Shown here in pieces: positions 40,455-56,292 of a stretch of DNA of 64,000 bases. Every line of letters begins with the position of its first letter. The first letter of the stretch is position 1. The stretch is from the human T2T-CHM13v2.0 reference genome, Homo sapiens. Location of the stretch: NCBI RefSeq assembly GCF_009914755.1, contig NC_060926.1; one strand, written 5' to 3'. A program made the position numbers and the translations under genes. The notes beneath the pieces are model-generated. The model made no database searches. It had not been told where the DNA came from and worked only from the letters and a program-made list of their open reading frames with translations.

Positions 40455-40682
40455 CAGGGATTGGCAAGGTATGACCCATCAGCCAAATCCGGTCCATTAC
40501 TTGTGTTTTGTAAATAAACACAAGTTTTATTAAAACACAGACGTGCTCATTCTGTTATGTAATGACTAGGGCTGCCTTTACATGAGAGTGGCAGAGGCGA
40601 GTAGTTGCAAAAAAGACAGGACGGCCCACAACTCTAAAATATTTATGATTTGGCCCTTTACAGAAAAGTTTGCAGACATCTG
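40455..40682 (+). mobile_element. MER58A
   Basis: cagggattggcaa ... ggccctttacagaaaagtttgcagacatctg; TSD ctctaaag/ctctatgt. Confidence 0.85.
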
Positions 40683-41689
40683 CTCTATGTAGTTCTTACA
40701 TAACTTTTATAGCATTTCTACCGGGATATCTCTGGCCTTTTTGAGATATTTCCATCTGTAAGAACACACTCTCTTTTGAGGCAGCCAGTTCTACCTTGGC
40801 CTGCTCTCGTAAGGAATTGTTTTCCTTCTGTTGAGCAAAAATTTGGCTCCTCAGAATTTCCATTCACTGGGTCAACCCTTTGAGGAAACATAGAAAGAAG
40901 TCTATGTTCTCTTTTACTCTCTTCTATCTGAGAGTCATCAGAAACCCTCTCTTCTTGGAAAACGGGTTTGGTTCATTCAAGTACTTCCCTTCGTCTCAGC
41001 TTCTAGTCCTCTTAACATCACGGTCATTACTCCCCCAAGGTATTTCAAGTTCTCTGTTTTCCTCTTAATCTGTGGCACTCATTTTATGGCAAAAGTAGAG
41101 TAGAACATGCCTTCTTCATTCAAGATATACTGTATTAACCAATGAAGCATCCTCCCTGGGGAGTGATTTTGTCATATTGCTGGTCACATTGATCCTATTT
41201 CCAACCAGATTTGGCATTACTCAACATCTACAAAGCCATCCTGTACTTGCACAGTTTTTTAAAGCTTAAGGAAATAATGTTACATTGTTTTTCTTGCATT
41301 TTACTCTATTAAATTTATCATATGACTCCAGACAAGCAAGTTATTTGTTGGGTGAGCAGGTAACCTGTTATCTTTTAACTTCTCTGTTATTCAGAAATGT
41401 GATCAGCCCACAGTAAAACTATTAAGAATTGGACACAGATGAGAACAGGACCAAGAAGATACTCACTAGTAGAGACACACTAAATGGGCCAATAACTTCA
41501 GGGGAAGAACTTTGTGGTGGATTGAAAGAAATGAAAATGACAAGAGTTGTTGCTCATAAATGGCCTCTCATTTGATACAGTGGATGGATGTGGGACATTT
41601 TCCAATATGCCACGCTGTTCCCACTACCTACTCAAACATCAAAACAGAACTCCGTATGTGGGCCATGAAAACTACAAATACATACTCAC

Positions 41690-41795
41690 CTAGTCTAATG
41701 GAAAACTCGTAAAATCTCTTTAGCCTCACAACAAGAGGGCACACCGCATTCCAAGCTTTTTCTTGAAGCTGAATGTCATTGGGATTTTGAATTGC
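41690..41795 (-). CDS. CYRIA: CYRIA coding exon (106 nt; [35 protein letters not shown]+G)
   Basis: Acceptor tttgcag|GCA, donor CTAG|gtgagt; phase matches both neighbouring exons. Confidence 0.97.
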
Positions 41796-42876
41796 CTGCA
41801 AAAACACAGTAGAGCTGACTGTTTAAAAAGAAGTGGTAAGCTCCACATCAAAATGCCCTAAGATTTAGTTTAAAATACAATCCTTGCTATACTTTGCTGA
41901 TGTATACTACTTAAATCAACACCGGTTCATCGGATGGTCCTCCAACATGCTCAATATGAATGGAAATTTTAACACTTGAACATACAGCAAATGGCTCTAC
42001 AATTACATCCTGTGTCATCTTACTTGTTTCTATTATCTTGAATACAAAAAATTCACATCTAAATTGGAAGAAACTCAGCCCTCTCCATCACCATTAGACT
42101 CCTCTAAAGTGGAATTCTGCTCATTATAAAGTGCAAATTCTGTAGACATTTTGTTTATCTTTAATAGGTATTGCATTCCTGCCAGTTTGTCATGTTACCT
42201 AAATTGTATAAATTAAATGGTGACCCCTAAGTAGAAAAACCACCTCTTACTAGACTGTTACTTTTTTAGAAACTCCGCCTTGTCTGAGTTTCAGCAACTT
42301 GAGGATTATGACGGTGGTGGTGTTCTTTTCAGAAGGATGGGAGCAGTGGCAGTACTGTGTGCATGTGTGCGTATGTGTGTGTGTGTATGTGTGTATTGGC
42401 ATGCGTATATGTATGTGTTGGTATTGCCACAAAACTAATGCTTTCACATAAAAAGAGTGTGAAGTTTCTTGCTTTTAAGGTATTGCGAAGTTGCAAAAGT
42501 CAAAGTGGTGATTTTCTTTTTTGTTTTTGTTGTTGTTTTGTTTTCTGTTAATTTTAGAAAATCTCATAAGACATTTGAGATGACAAACTGAAAGCAAGAT
42601 GGTTTTGGCTGTTGTGTATCACACTGGTGGAACCTGCCTGAGTAATTACCAAATGCCAGAAAGTACATGTCCACCCAGACTTCATGGTTCATATTTCAAC
42701 TGTTGTTCACAGACTTTACATTGTTTCCCTTAAATGAAATAACATATTGATACATTATTGTTTAAATGTGAGTCCTGCAATATCACTTGTGTGTTTGAGA
42801 AGAGAATGGGTAATATTAATCTATAGCACTGTGTGCTCAGATTAATGCACTAGAATAAAAGGGGCGATTCATGCTC

Positions 42877-43186
42877 TTTTTTTTTTTTTTTTTGAGACAG
42901 AGTTTCACTCTTGTTGCCCAGGCTGGAGTGCAATGGTGCGATGTGCAACCTCAGCTCACTGAAACCTCTGCTTCCCAGGTTCAAGTGATTCTCCTGCTTC
43001 AGCCTCCCAAAGTAGCAGGGATTAAAGGCACCTGCCACCATGCCCAGCTAATTTTTTTGTATTTTTAGTTGAGTCTGGGTTTCACCATGTTGGCCAGCCT
43101 GGTCTTGAACTCCTGACCTCAGGTGATCCACCTGCCTCAGCCTCCCAAAGTACTGGGATTATAGGCGTGAGCCACCGCAGCCGGCC
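42877..43186 (-). mobile_element. AluS (Sq-like), 160 nt from a CYRIA exon
   Basis: Poly-T then gagtttcactcttgttgcccagg ... gagccaccgcagccggcc. Confidence 0.94.
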
Positions 43187-43346
43187 CATGCATTTTGTTT
43201 TTAAGGACACATTACCCTCCTTGTTCTTCCTGGTACTCTAGGAAATACTGTAGCTATTACTTAATCTTGCTGTGTGTGTCTGTGTGCATGTGTGGTTTTC
43301 CTTCCCCTCCTCGGGTGTTGTCAGTTCAGCGTGATCATTGACATAC

Positions 43347-43468
43347 ATCTCGGATCTCTGGGCCTGCGCCTTTGTAAGCCTGCAGGTCTGCAAGGATGCT
43401 CTCAGAATCCTGAAGGACGGCGCTGATCTGGTTCCAGATTTCTCTCTCTCCTTCTGTAGGCTGAGCAT
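43347..43468 (-). CDS. CYRIA: CYRIA/FAM49A coding exon (122 nt; N24-D64: (N)[40 protein letters not shown])
   Basis: Minus-strand acceptor tttcttag|AT at 43470/43468 and donor GAT|gtatgt at 43347/43346; 2 nt + 40 codons; peptide recognised as CYRI-A. Upstream ATG exon not found in the window. Confidence 0.96.
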
Positions 43469-43819
43469 CTAAGAAACAGGGAAACCGAGAGACAGAGTGC
43501 TGGTGTTTACAAATAGCTTGGGAGGAGGATGGATATTCAGTTTTACCTGCTTGACAATCCTATCATATTCCTGCTGCTCTGGTATTTACTCTTTAACCTA
43601 ATAAGCTGCTAGGATGCTAGGAAGGGAAAACTGATGAAACTTCTGCCCATTACTCAGTTTAAAATAGTCAATGATCTTTTTATAGTCATAAAACAAGCAC
43701 ACAGGAGTCATCATAGGCACTTATTTATGTGGAACAATTTTTTTGCACACCTGCTACGTAAAACAGGGCACTGAGTGATAGAAAAAATAAGCATTGTCTT
43801 TTTGAGTCCACATGTTTTG

Positions 43820-44010
43820 GTCTTTTTATTATTTTATTACTTTTTCAATTACTATTTTTATTGTGGTTAAATACACATAACATAAAGTTCACCATCTTAG
43901 CCACTTTTAAGTGTACTGTTCATTGATATTAAACACATTCATAATGTTGTACAACCATCGCCACACTCCATCTCCATGACTCCTTTCATCTTGTAAAACT
44001 GAAATTCTGT
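43820..44010 (-). mobile_element. L1M 3'-end fragment
   Basis: ttgtggttaaatacacataacataaagttcaccatc...acacattcataatgttgtacaaccatc; limits approximate. Confidence 0.75.
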
Positions 44011-44824
44011 ATTGGGTCTGCTTTTTAAAGGAGAAGCAACTGAATATTTCTGCTTTGATTGAAAATCTGTGAATCTGAGTGTAGATGGGAAAAACAGTCT
44101 GCCTTGTATTTCTATATTTAAAAATATGCTTAAAAACTGGATAACTAAAATCCTTCAAACCACGACAGAGGCATATCATTCCTGAACACATGGGTATGTA
44201 GAGAGCACTTCTCATTGAACCTGATCTCATGTTCAGGAGGTTTGGCAAAGACGTGCAGGGAGTTCATGTTAAAGACAAATGTTCTGTTTATCTTTGGTCT
44301 TGACCATAACTGTTACCCACAAAAACAAGTGACACACTGAAGCTTCCATAATGAAAACAGTATTCTAACAGTCACAGAAGCACCCTTGAGCTCTTCAGTG
44401 AATTCTCACTTGATTACCTTCCCGGAGCTAGCATGTATTCTTGTTCCCGTGAGCATTTCATGGGAGCTGGTGGGTGGTGGTGGAGAGGTAGTAAAGATTG
44501 GGTTTTATTTATCTTGCAATTCCTATGCAATAGGTTATCTCCCTGGCCTAGTAGGGAAGTTCATCTCTCCATCTAAAACAAAGGCACTGCTCATGGAGAG
44601 GGGACAGATGTTATCTTATCAAACTCTGTTTTCAAATATCCAGATCCTGAGGCACAGCATGCTTGCAGCAGACCTCACTAACAGAGGGTGAAGGCCGAGT
44701 TTACACCTGGTCTAACCCTCACCAGATCAAATCTCAGTTTTAACTAATCTTCGTGGGAGTACAAGGGGCTGATCCTGCAAGAGGGTTGTTTACCAGTGTT
44801 TCTCTGGGGATAAAAAAAAGACAG

Positions 44825-45146
44825 GGCTGGGTGCAGTGGCTCACACTTGTAATCCCAGCATTTTGGGAGGCTGAGCCAGGCAGATCACTAGGTCAGGAGA
44901 TCGAGGCCAACCTGGCCAACATGGTGAAACCCCGTCTCTACTAAAAATACAAAAATTAGCTGGGCATGGTGGTGCATGCCTGTAGTCTCAGCTACTTGGG
45001 AGGCTGAGGCAGGAGAATTGCTTGAATCCTGGAGGCAGAGGTTGCAATGAACTGAGATCATGTCACTGCACTCCAGCCTGGCAACAGGGTGAGACACCAT
45101 CTCAAAAAACAACAACAACAACAACAATGAAACAAAACAAAAAAAC
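44825..45146 (+). mobile_element. AluS (Sc-like) with (AAC)n tail
   Basis: Full dimer; TSD aaaagacag (44816-44824, 45147-45155). Confidence 0.93.
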
Positions 45147-45760
45147 AAAAGACAGAATTCACAAGATAAGTGACGGCGAAGTGGGGCACTGGCTATGCTG
45201 ACTTGGTGTTCAGAAATGCTGAGATCGGTGAGGAACTGAGGCGGGGTGGCTGCTCCTGCTTCAGTTACCTAAACTCTCCATGACCGGAGCCCATGGAGAT
45301 TTTTAGACTAGGTGACTCACCAGGTCCTGCTGCCTAAGACCTGAGAAACTGGTAGAGTTTCCTAAGAAATGAAGAGTGAAAATCATCAGTGCCATGGCAA
45401 TTCTCTTTGAAGAAAAGATCATAGGTCCTCATAGGTTATCCAGAAACTTTGCAAACTATACATTCAAAGAATGAGACCATTTCAACTAGGAAGTAAGGAG
45501 GTACTGGAATGTCTGTACACAAGGACTCAGAGAAAGAGAAGATGAATGTGGTCTGGAAAGAGTGGAAACAGTTACATGTAAGGGATATAACTTGAGCTGG
45601 GGCAATGGAAGGTGAAATGGAGTATATTCATGAAGAGAGCACAGCTTGGACAAAGGCTTGGCAGCTGGAGAAAGCAAGGCTGGGGAAACAAACAAACAAA
45701 CAAACCTGCTAGGTTAGAAAACAATCTACTGGAGACAGTAAGGGAAAAAGACATTTATTA

Positions 45761-46007
45761 CAGGTTGAGCTTCCCATATCCAAAAATCTGAAATGCTCCA
45801 ACATCTGAAATGTTTTTAAATGCCCACATGGTGCAACAAAGAAAATTCTCACTGGAGTATTTTGCATTTCAGCTTATTGGATTTGGGATGCTCAGCTGGT
45901 AAGTATAATGCAACTATTTCAAAATCAGAAAAAAAAAAAAAAAAAAAAAACCCAAATCTGAAACACTTCTGGTCCTAAGCGTTTTTGGATAAGGGGTATT
46001 CAACCTG
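45761..46007 (+). mobile_element. Tigger4a/MER46 (TcMar-Tigger) MITE
   Basis: TA|caggttgag ... ttcaacctg TIRs; internal aatctgaaatgctccaa and aaacacttctggtcc. Confidence 0.85.
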
Positions 46008-47862
46008 AACTTTTTCAGGTTTTATGGCCTATCAGTGTTTCCCAAAAACATTTGGTAAGTTTTCTCAGATATGATGTTACTCACAATATTAATCACTTTG
46101 TATTTTACCTTTTTCTGCTTTCTCAAACTTTTCTCAAAGTGATGCAAGTGTCTTAAACACAAACCTAAAAATCCACAAGCTAGGAGGCCCGTAACTGGAG
46201 AAAGTGTTCTGGTAGAATAGAATTCCAGGGTAAGCCTGGCAGTTTCTGAGTAAGGAAAGTGTCAGGGAAGAAAACATAAGAAAAAATGCAAAGCAACGAG
46301 CCTAGAAAACAAATAAAAATAAAACACTGACTATTCAAATCCTGTCTCCTTTTGAAAAATCATAAGCTAAACAAAGACAGTTTCCTAGAGATGTATGTAT
46401 TTGGAGAAGAAGAAAAGCAAGATAGTCAGTGACCAAGATTCTCAGGGCTAAGACTATTTGAGTATATTTATAAAATAGTATGGGAAAGAAGAAGGCACTC
46501 TGAGGCCAGAACAGAAAGCCTTCTAATCTCAGCGGTCACCTGGCTCCACCCTAGCAAATCACCGCTTGATAAGTTTTAGACAAAACAGAATTAAAACTAA
46601 GTGGGCCAGAGAGGAGAGCTGGAAATTTTTTTTAAAAAAATCCTGTTGATGATTACTTAAACAGAAAAAAAGAAAGATTTCAAGTCAGTCTTTAAAAATA
46701 GAGGCCTCTCTTAACTGTTTCAAAAATAAGACTGTTTCTGATAGGGTGGCCTGAAAAAGGTACTGGCACTAGAGACAAACAAGCTGCGCTCTCCATCCCA
46801 GGTGAAGGGACCTTTCAACAAATCAGCACTGACATTTATATGACCACAGAGTTGCATGAGTAACCAGGGGGCTGGTACCACTTCTCTCCCAGAGGAGGCG
46901 GACTTCAGGGGCTGTGGTAAACAAATACCTTCCATCCTACAGTAATTCTCTCCTGGCAGCTGGGGTGATCTATAAGACAGGACCCTCAGTCCTCAGCCTC
47001 CCTAAGAAACTGTTTCTTTTGGCAGATTTCCTGGTGTCCTATTAGAAATATTTCTCATGTGGTTTAGCAGTGGTGGGATGCGGTAGGAGAAAGCCACTCC
47101 ATCATTTCCATCTTTCCTCCAGGCTTAGAAATATGTTGCCTCATTTTCATCCAAAATTTTGTTGGTTTTATTGGATGTCCAATTTCTTCCTTCTTTCCTG
47201 TCATGAAACTGAAGTCACCTCTTCCAGCTATAATTAGACGGGCAGCACAGTTCCTGCCTTCTGGGCCAGAGTGCCATAAGATTCTCAGGGGACTCAAATC
47301 ACAAGTGGTGTCAGCTTTCAAGGAAGAGAGTGACAACTGGGAGAAGCTCTAGTCTGTCTGTCTGTCTCTCTTTTCAAATGGGAAAAGAACTGTGTGACCC
47401 ACAGTGACATGTGACATTGGCCTAAATCCCTATGGAAGTCCATGATTCATTCTATTTTCATCCCCCAGCTAAATAATCATACAGTCAGAACTAATTAATG
47501 AAAATCTTATCCATTAGACTGTAGGACTCTGGTCATATCTGTTTCACTTGACATTATATTTCTAGGATCTGGCACAGGGCCTGGCACATAGTAGATGCTC
47601 AAGAAAAATTTGCTGAACAAACAGTTGAACAATTTAAATATACTACTCACACTGTTTTGTGATTTTTCTTCTGCTTGTCTTTGAATTCTGAGATCTTTTG
47701 AGAAGGCCATTGGAGACAGGCAATAAAAGTGTGATGAATCAATGAATACACGAAGAAATTGGTAAGATGGGATAGAATGCTGGGTACTTGAAAGCAGTGT
47801 AGTAAGTAAAGGTCCTATTACGTTTAGATCCTCTCCTCTGTCTCTACTCCCAAAATGACTTT

Positions 47863-47942
47863 ATTTTATTTTTTTAAATGACAAGGTCTGGCTCTGTCAC
47901 CCAGGCTGGAGTGCAGTGGTATCATCATAGCTCACTGCACTC
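47863..47942 (-). mobile_element. Short 5'-truncated AluJ/FLAM
   Basis: gtctggctctgtcacccaggctggagtgcagtggtatcatcatagctcactgca; TSD aaatgacttt/aaatggcttt. Confidence 0.8.
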
Positions 47943-50900
47943 AAATGGCTTTTGTATAGTTATATCTCTCCTGGTTACCATTAAGATGTAGGTATTTACC
48001 TACAGTCAAATTGGCCATCCACTCTTTCATTAACATCCATGTTCTCAAATCATCCATTATTGATCTACGGCCTGAATGTCTCACCAGTGTGGTTAACACA
48101 CTAATAGGGTATTTGTTGAGTCTGACACAGTGAAAAACTGCACTTAGGTTTACGTTTCTAATCTGAAAGCTGTTATCATTTTGCCATCTGGAAAATCCCT
48201 TTGAGAGGCTTTGGAGTCTTACACTTGGCCTTCTCGATATTCAGATTCAAGTGGTGAACATGTTTTTGAAATTTATTGTGTTTTCAGATGTCGTGGAAAG
48301 ACATCTTGAAAGGAACCCTGAAGAATTAGTGATTGAAAAGGTTACTAAATTTAAGCTATCAGCAACCCCTTAAAGCATCTGCTGAGTGAAGAGGAGCTGT
48401 GAACTGTGTGCTTGGCTTTTCTATTTTTAACACAAAGACTGAACTTTAGTCAAAGAAAGGTACAAACAGTCCCCACCACACACACACCAACAATGTTACT
48501 GGTGAAAATGGGTCCTTATTTCTAGTTGCAGCCAGTGTTTTCTTTGGTAATGTTCCTTCTAAGAACCATATTCTAAGCTTCTAACCATTGCCAATTATTT
48601 CACGGAAATTGAGGAGAATGGTTACATAAAGCTGGAGTTACTCCTGTCTAACAATAAAGCTATTAAAAATCTCTGTGATTTACATGGGCAGTTTCAGAAA
48701 CCAATACTTCCAGGAGCCCTGGAACAAGTGTATCCAGGACATTATGTGGGGGGATGATTTAAAGTCCTGTTCTGGACTTGCTACTGTGGAAAGTTTGAAA
48801 ATGTATCAAGTGCCCTGCGACCTTGCACACATATACATTTGTTGTCAAGAACTCACTAAATTCAAAGTGTCTAGAATTTGCAATAGCATAAGTACCTTAT
48901 ACATTAAGATAGTTAAACAGGATTAGTTTTGTTTGCAGGGGCTCAATTTGTTAATGCTGGTGAATATTAACTGTGAATACTTTGCTGTCACCTGAGGCAG
49001 GGTGGAAGATTTCATTGTGGAGAAGAGTGATATTTATTTAAACCAATGCACGGCACTCCTTGATGCTAATGGAGAAGAAGGTGGCTATGTGCTTTGTTTT
49101 TGGGGAAGGTCTTCGGTGAACCTGCCACAGGGCACGACAGCAGGGCTTGCACTGGAGAAGGGCTATCAAATCCATGTATTCTAATTTTTATAGATCGGCC
49201 AAGGACTTACACTGTCTTCAAATGCACCAGTAACATATACACATTTTCCTAACAACCCGTTTAGGACTGTATGGACAATTTGACAGAGAATCAAACTAAA
49301 CTAAGATAATGTGAGTAGAAAACACCATTTACATAGAGATGTCTTTGGTTTTGAAAGATGCCCTGGCATTTCATCAATAGGATATATAGCTATCTCTGTG
49401 CCCCATGACTGTTGTATAAACACTGAAAAAAAGTACAGCAAAATGGATTCGCCAAAGCTGTAAATTAAATTCTGCCCTTCTTTCCCACCCACTTCCTCTC
49501 TCCTCCAATCTCTTTCCCCTTCAGGCTAAACTAAGAAGCATAAATAATTATCTATTATTAATATGTGGGGATGTAAAATGGAAGTGATTTATAGCACAAT
49601 ACTAACTGTTTATGAAAACAGAATAAAATGGAAAAGGTCTGCCAGCAAATATGTGTGACAGGGCCGGCATATTTACTCTTAGAGGACATTAGTCATCTTA
49701 CACCAGGGCCCGAAGCCCTTTTCTATAGAACAATCACATTAGGACTGAAAAGAGTAGGAGGGTCAAAGTTCCTGCAGGCTGTCTATTTTCTTCACATGCA
49801 GTGGGACCCTGTGATGGGAGCAGTCCAAGGATGGCATTTTTGAGACCAGGTTTCACTGCCACTCAATATTAGACCTCAGGGCAAGCCAAGTAATCTCTCT
49901 GGGTCCAGATTCATTCTTGTTAAAAGAGAGGGAAGCTAAGAATAGCCTGTCTCCTCCCTACCTGCAGGGTCATAATGAAGATGATGGAATAGATTTAAAG
50001 CACTTAAAAAGCAAAAGTGCCAAAAAATGAATTTTTTTTTTTTTGTCACGGAATCTTTGTATTGCCATCAAAAAACTGCTTCCCAGGTATGTTCTGTTTT
50101 TGTTTGTTTGTTTTCTTTTGTAAAATGAGGATACTAGACAAAAAGACATCTGATACTTCCCCTCTTCTTCCAAGATTATCAAGCCTCCTCTGAACAGCTT
50201 AGCAGATGGGAGGGCAGCAGAGAAGAACAGATGAAAGAAGAAACCAATAGTGGCAGGGAGTGGTCTGAGTTAGCAACAACAGCAACGATCCCAGATGATA
50301 GGCTGATCTGACTCAACACCCTTGTTTTAAAGAGTAGGAGTCTATATTCTGAATAGGTCAACATAGTCAGAGTATTTTTAAGAGTACAATGATTTGAAGA
50401 CTTTAGAATTTCTTTCTTTACACCCCAGCCCCCACCACATCCATTACTGATCTTGGCATTCCTATTATGTTAATTAATGTGAGTTTGTCTTGCAAGAAAA
50501 CCATTTTTTTCAGCCACTGTCTTCAAGAAACATTTCTTTAGTCAAATCCAGAACTTGTACTTCTGGCTAGCATATCACTTACTCTCTGCTCTGTTACAGA
50601 CTTCTTCCCTACTACCTGCACTACTGTCTCTTCCATGTGCTTACATCTTATCTCCTCAACAAAATTATAAGCTTCTTGAACAAGAGATCATGTTCTTCCA
50701 ATGTCCCTATATTTATGTGCTATATTTCATCCCTCCAGGCCCCCTGACACACTAAGAACCCACACCCCACTACTGCCGTTTCTGCCCGAGGAATGCAAGA
50801 GATGTTCTGCATATAGTTTCTTCATTGGTGACTGTCAATCAAAGCCAGTGTTCCTCAGCTTACATTTCATGCCCAGCCCTAGGCTGGACACTGGATAAGA

Positions 50901-51239
50901 CACAGAATAATATAAGCATAAGATGCCATCTAAATTCTCCCTTCAGGGATGTGTACAACAATGAGGAGACAAACATACATTTGCAGAAGAAAACTACCAA
51001 GGCTTGATCCCTGACAGTGTCTCAGACAGTTGGTGATTAACCACCGGACGACTGATTCTTGGCACTAACAGACTGACTTCTCCCTGCAGTTAATTCTAAC
51101 ACATTGATCAAATATTCTACATTTCCAAAGTAGTACCCAGCCAAGGTATGAGAGAAAGATAAAATCCAGAATTGAAGACAGAGAGTAGAATGTTATGAGA
51201 TAATAGGAAAATCAATGAAGCACATTTATCAAGCACCTA

Positions 51240-53810
<2,571 letters not shown>

Positions 53811-54469
53811 GCCTATTAAGTGCCAATGATGCCAGACACTTTTGGGAGATATGGATTCAACGATATAGTTCCTGTCCTCAAGGACCTTAGGAGGGTGAGG
53901 ACAGGATCATTAGATTCAGAAAGCATTTATTGGGTACTTGTTATATGCCTACCACAGTGACAGGTGATGCGGAGGATGAAGTAATTAATAAAATAAGACT
54001 GACATCCTAAAGTGAAAGTTACGAACTATCAGTAACAATTTAGTAAAACAGTATAATAAAAGTCATCATGCAGTGAGAGCTAAATGGCATTGAATATAGA
54101 GACTTTTTTCAGGAACAACGTAAGTGGAAGCTAAGAAAGTTTCTCAGAAAGGAAGATGTAAAATATGGCATCGTCGAAGCTATTATTTCACCCTGTCTTG
54201 GAAATCTTCCCAGGATTGTCCTCCTGCAACTGTCTCTTCTATCTTTTCTCAGATCAAATTAGTTATTCTCTCCTATGAATCCTGGAGCACAGGTCGTGTC
54301 CCTGCTACAGCATTTACCAATATTGCATTATTGATGTTGGTCATTATGTCTGCCTCCTCCAGTAGAGTGTAAACTTGCAGCTATTCACACCACGACTAGC
54401 AGAAGCTTAGCACGTAGAATACCCCTTTTATGATAATGTGAAAAATTGAACCAAAAGTATTGAGTTGTT

Positions 54470-54890
54470 TCCATTTAAAATAAACAGATAAAGGAAATGT
54501 AGACTATACATACAATGGAATATTATTCAGTCTTAAAAAAAGAAGGAAATCCTGCCATATGCAACAACGTGAATGAACCTTGAGGATATTATGCTAAGCA
54601 AAATAAACAAGTAACAGCAAAACACAAACTGCATGATTCCACTTACATGAGGTACTTCAAGGAGTCAAAGTCATAGAAACAGAGAGTGGAATGGTGGTTT
54701 CCTGGGCATGGGGAAGGGAAAATGAGTAGTTGCTAATCAATGGGTATAAAGTTTCCATTATGCAAGATAAATAAGTTCTAGAGATCTATGCTACAACAAC
54801 TTGCCTACAGTTAAAAATACTGTATTATACACTTAAAATCTGATCAGAGGGTAGATCTCATGGTAAGTCTTCTTACCATAATAAAAAAGA
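54470..54890 (+). mobile_element. L1MA/MB 3' end
   Basis: tacaatggaatattattcag...ggaaatcctgcca...atgctaagcaaaataa...gagggtagatctcatg; limits approximate. Confidence 0.85.
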
Positions 54891-56251
54891 AAAGAAACAT
54901 AATCCAATATATTTTGTGAATTCATTTCAATTCTTATTAAGGTAAAAAAACCTATTAAATGCCATTTGAGAAAATCAGAGAAATATCTATACATACTATA
55001 TATTAGATGATACAAAATAATGTTAATTTAGATATATATCTGTAACACATTTAGATATAAATATGTAACACATTTTCATATTTTTTAAAAAGAAGTAAAA
55101 TTCACAAAGAATATTGCGCTCACCCTAACAAGAAAACAAGTTAGATACTCTACAAAATCCTTGTTATTTTTGACTATAAGAAAGTTGAGGTTGCAAAAGT
55201 CTTTAATGAATTATAATCCATAAGGTGACAAGACTTTCCTAGGAGATATGACACCACAGGTGATTTCAAGTTTGACAGAGAAATGGTAAAAGGAGAAAGC
55301 TGCCATAAATGCAGGTAACAAGAAAATAGCTGACATCTTCACACACTGTAAAAAGAAGAGTGTGAAGTGTCATGAAAGCTGAGAGGCCCTGGGAGCTCCA
55401 GGCAGAAGGACAGTCTATGTCAGCCTGCAAAGTCTCTTCCATGAACCTTCACCAAGTGCTAACAAAAGAAGTTGAGAACAAGAAAGGAAAAAAGATTTTA
55501 AGACAGAAACCCTCTGGGTCAGGGGAAGATACACAAGAGAAATGCTCCTACACTCTCAGTCTTATCTAAGGGTGAAGTGTGGCCATCTATGACTGCGGGA
55601 GGGGAGGAGCATTGGGAAGGTGCCCTCTAGGGCCCACCATGCCAGGCCTGCTGTGGTAGACAGAGCAGAAAAATGAAGAGAAAGCCACCAGCCACTCTCC
55701 AGTAAGTAAAGAACAACTGTCTGCCTGGTGAGGCCAAGGAGGTTGAGAAACGCCATCCTGAGAATCAGGTGTTCTGGAGGGCCTTCTGAAGCCTGAAGAT
55801 GTGACAGGAAAACTGAGACAAACTCTTCAGATCCCCAGCTCTGGTAAAGGGCCTGCTTTGATCCTTCCCTCAAATCTGAAATTTACAGTGAACCACGTAT
55901 AACAAGCAACAGTGTAGCCCAGATCCAGATTGGATGGACTCAACCCCACTAGTGGACTGACAGAAGAAAAGGCATGTGATTTTCTGAGTGCACGTATTAT
56001 TCACATCAGTCATCACTGTTCTGCTGCCTGGCATTTGTTCAAAAAAAGCAAAGGAAAAAAATTAACAAACACAAAGCAAGAAAATATCACCAGAAAAGTA
56101 AAGATTAATAATAGAGTCTAGAGATAGTCCAGAGGTTGAAATGTACAGACGAGGATCCTAAAATAACTATAAAAATATGTTAAAGAATCTATAATGTTGA
56201 ATAATGTATGGTAAAAATGGAAAATTTCAGAAAATCCTTTGAGACTATTTA

Positions 56252-56292
56252 TTAGGTTGGTGCAAAAGTAATTGCTGTTTTTGCCATTGAAA
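56252..56292 (+). mobile_element. Half MADE1 / single Hsmar1 TIR
   Basis: TA|ttaggttggtgcaaaagtaattgctgtttttgccattgaaa matches the Hsmar1/MADE1 terminus; no second TIR. Confidence 0.88.
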
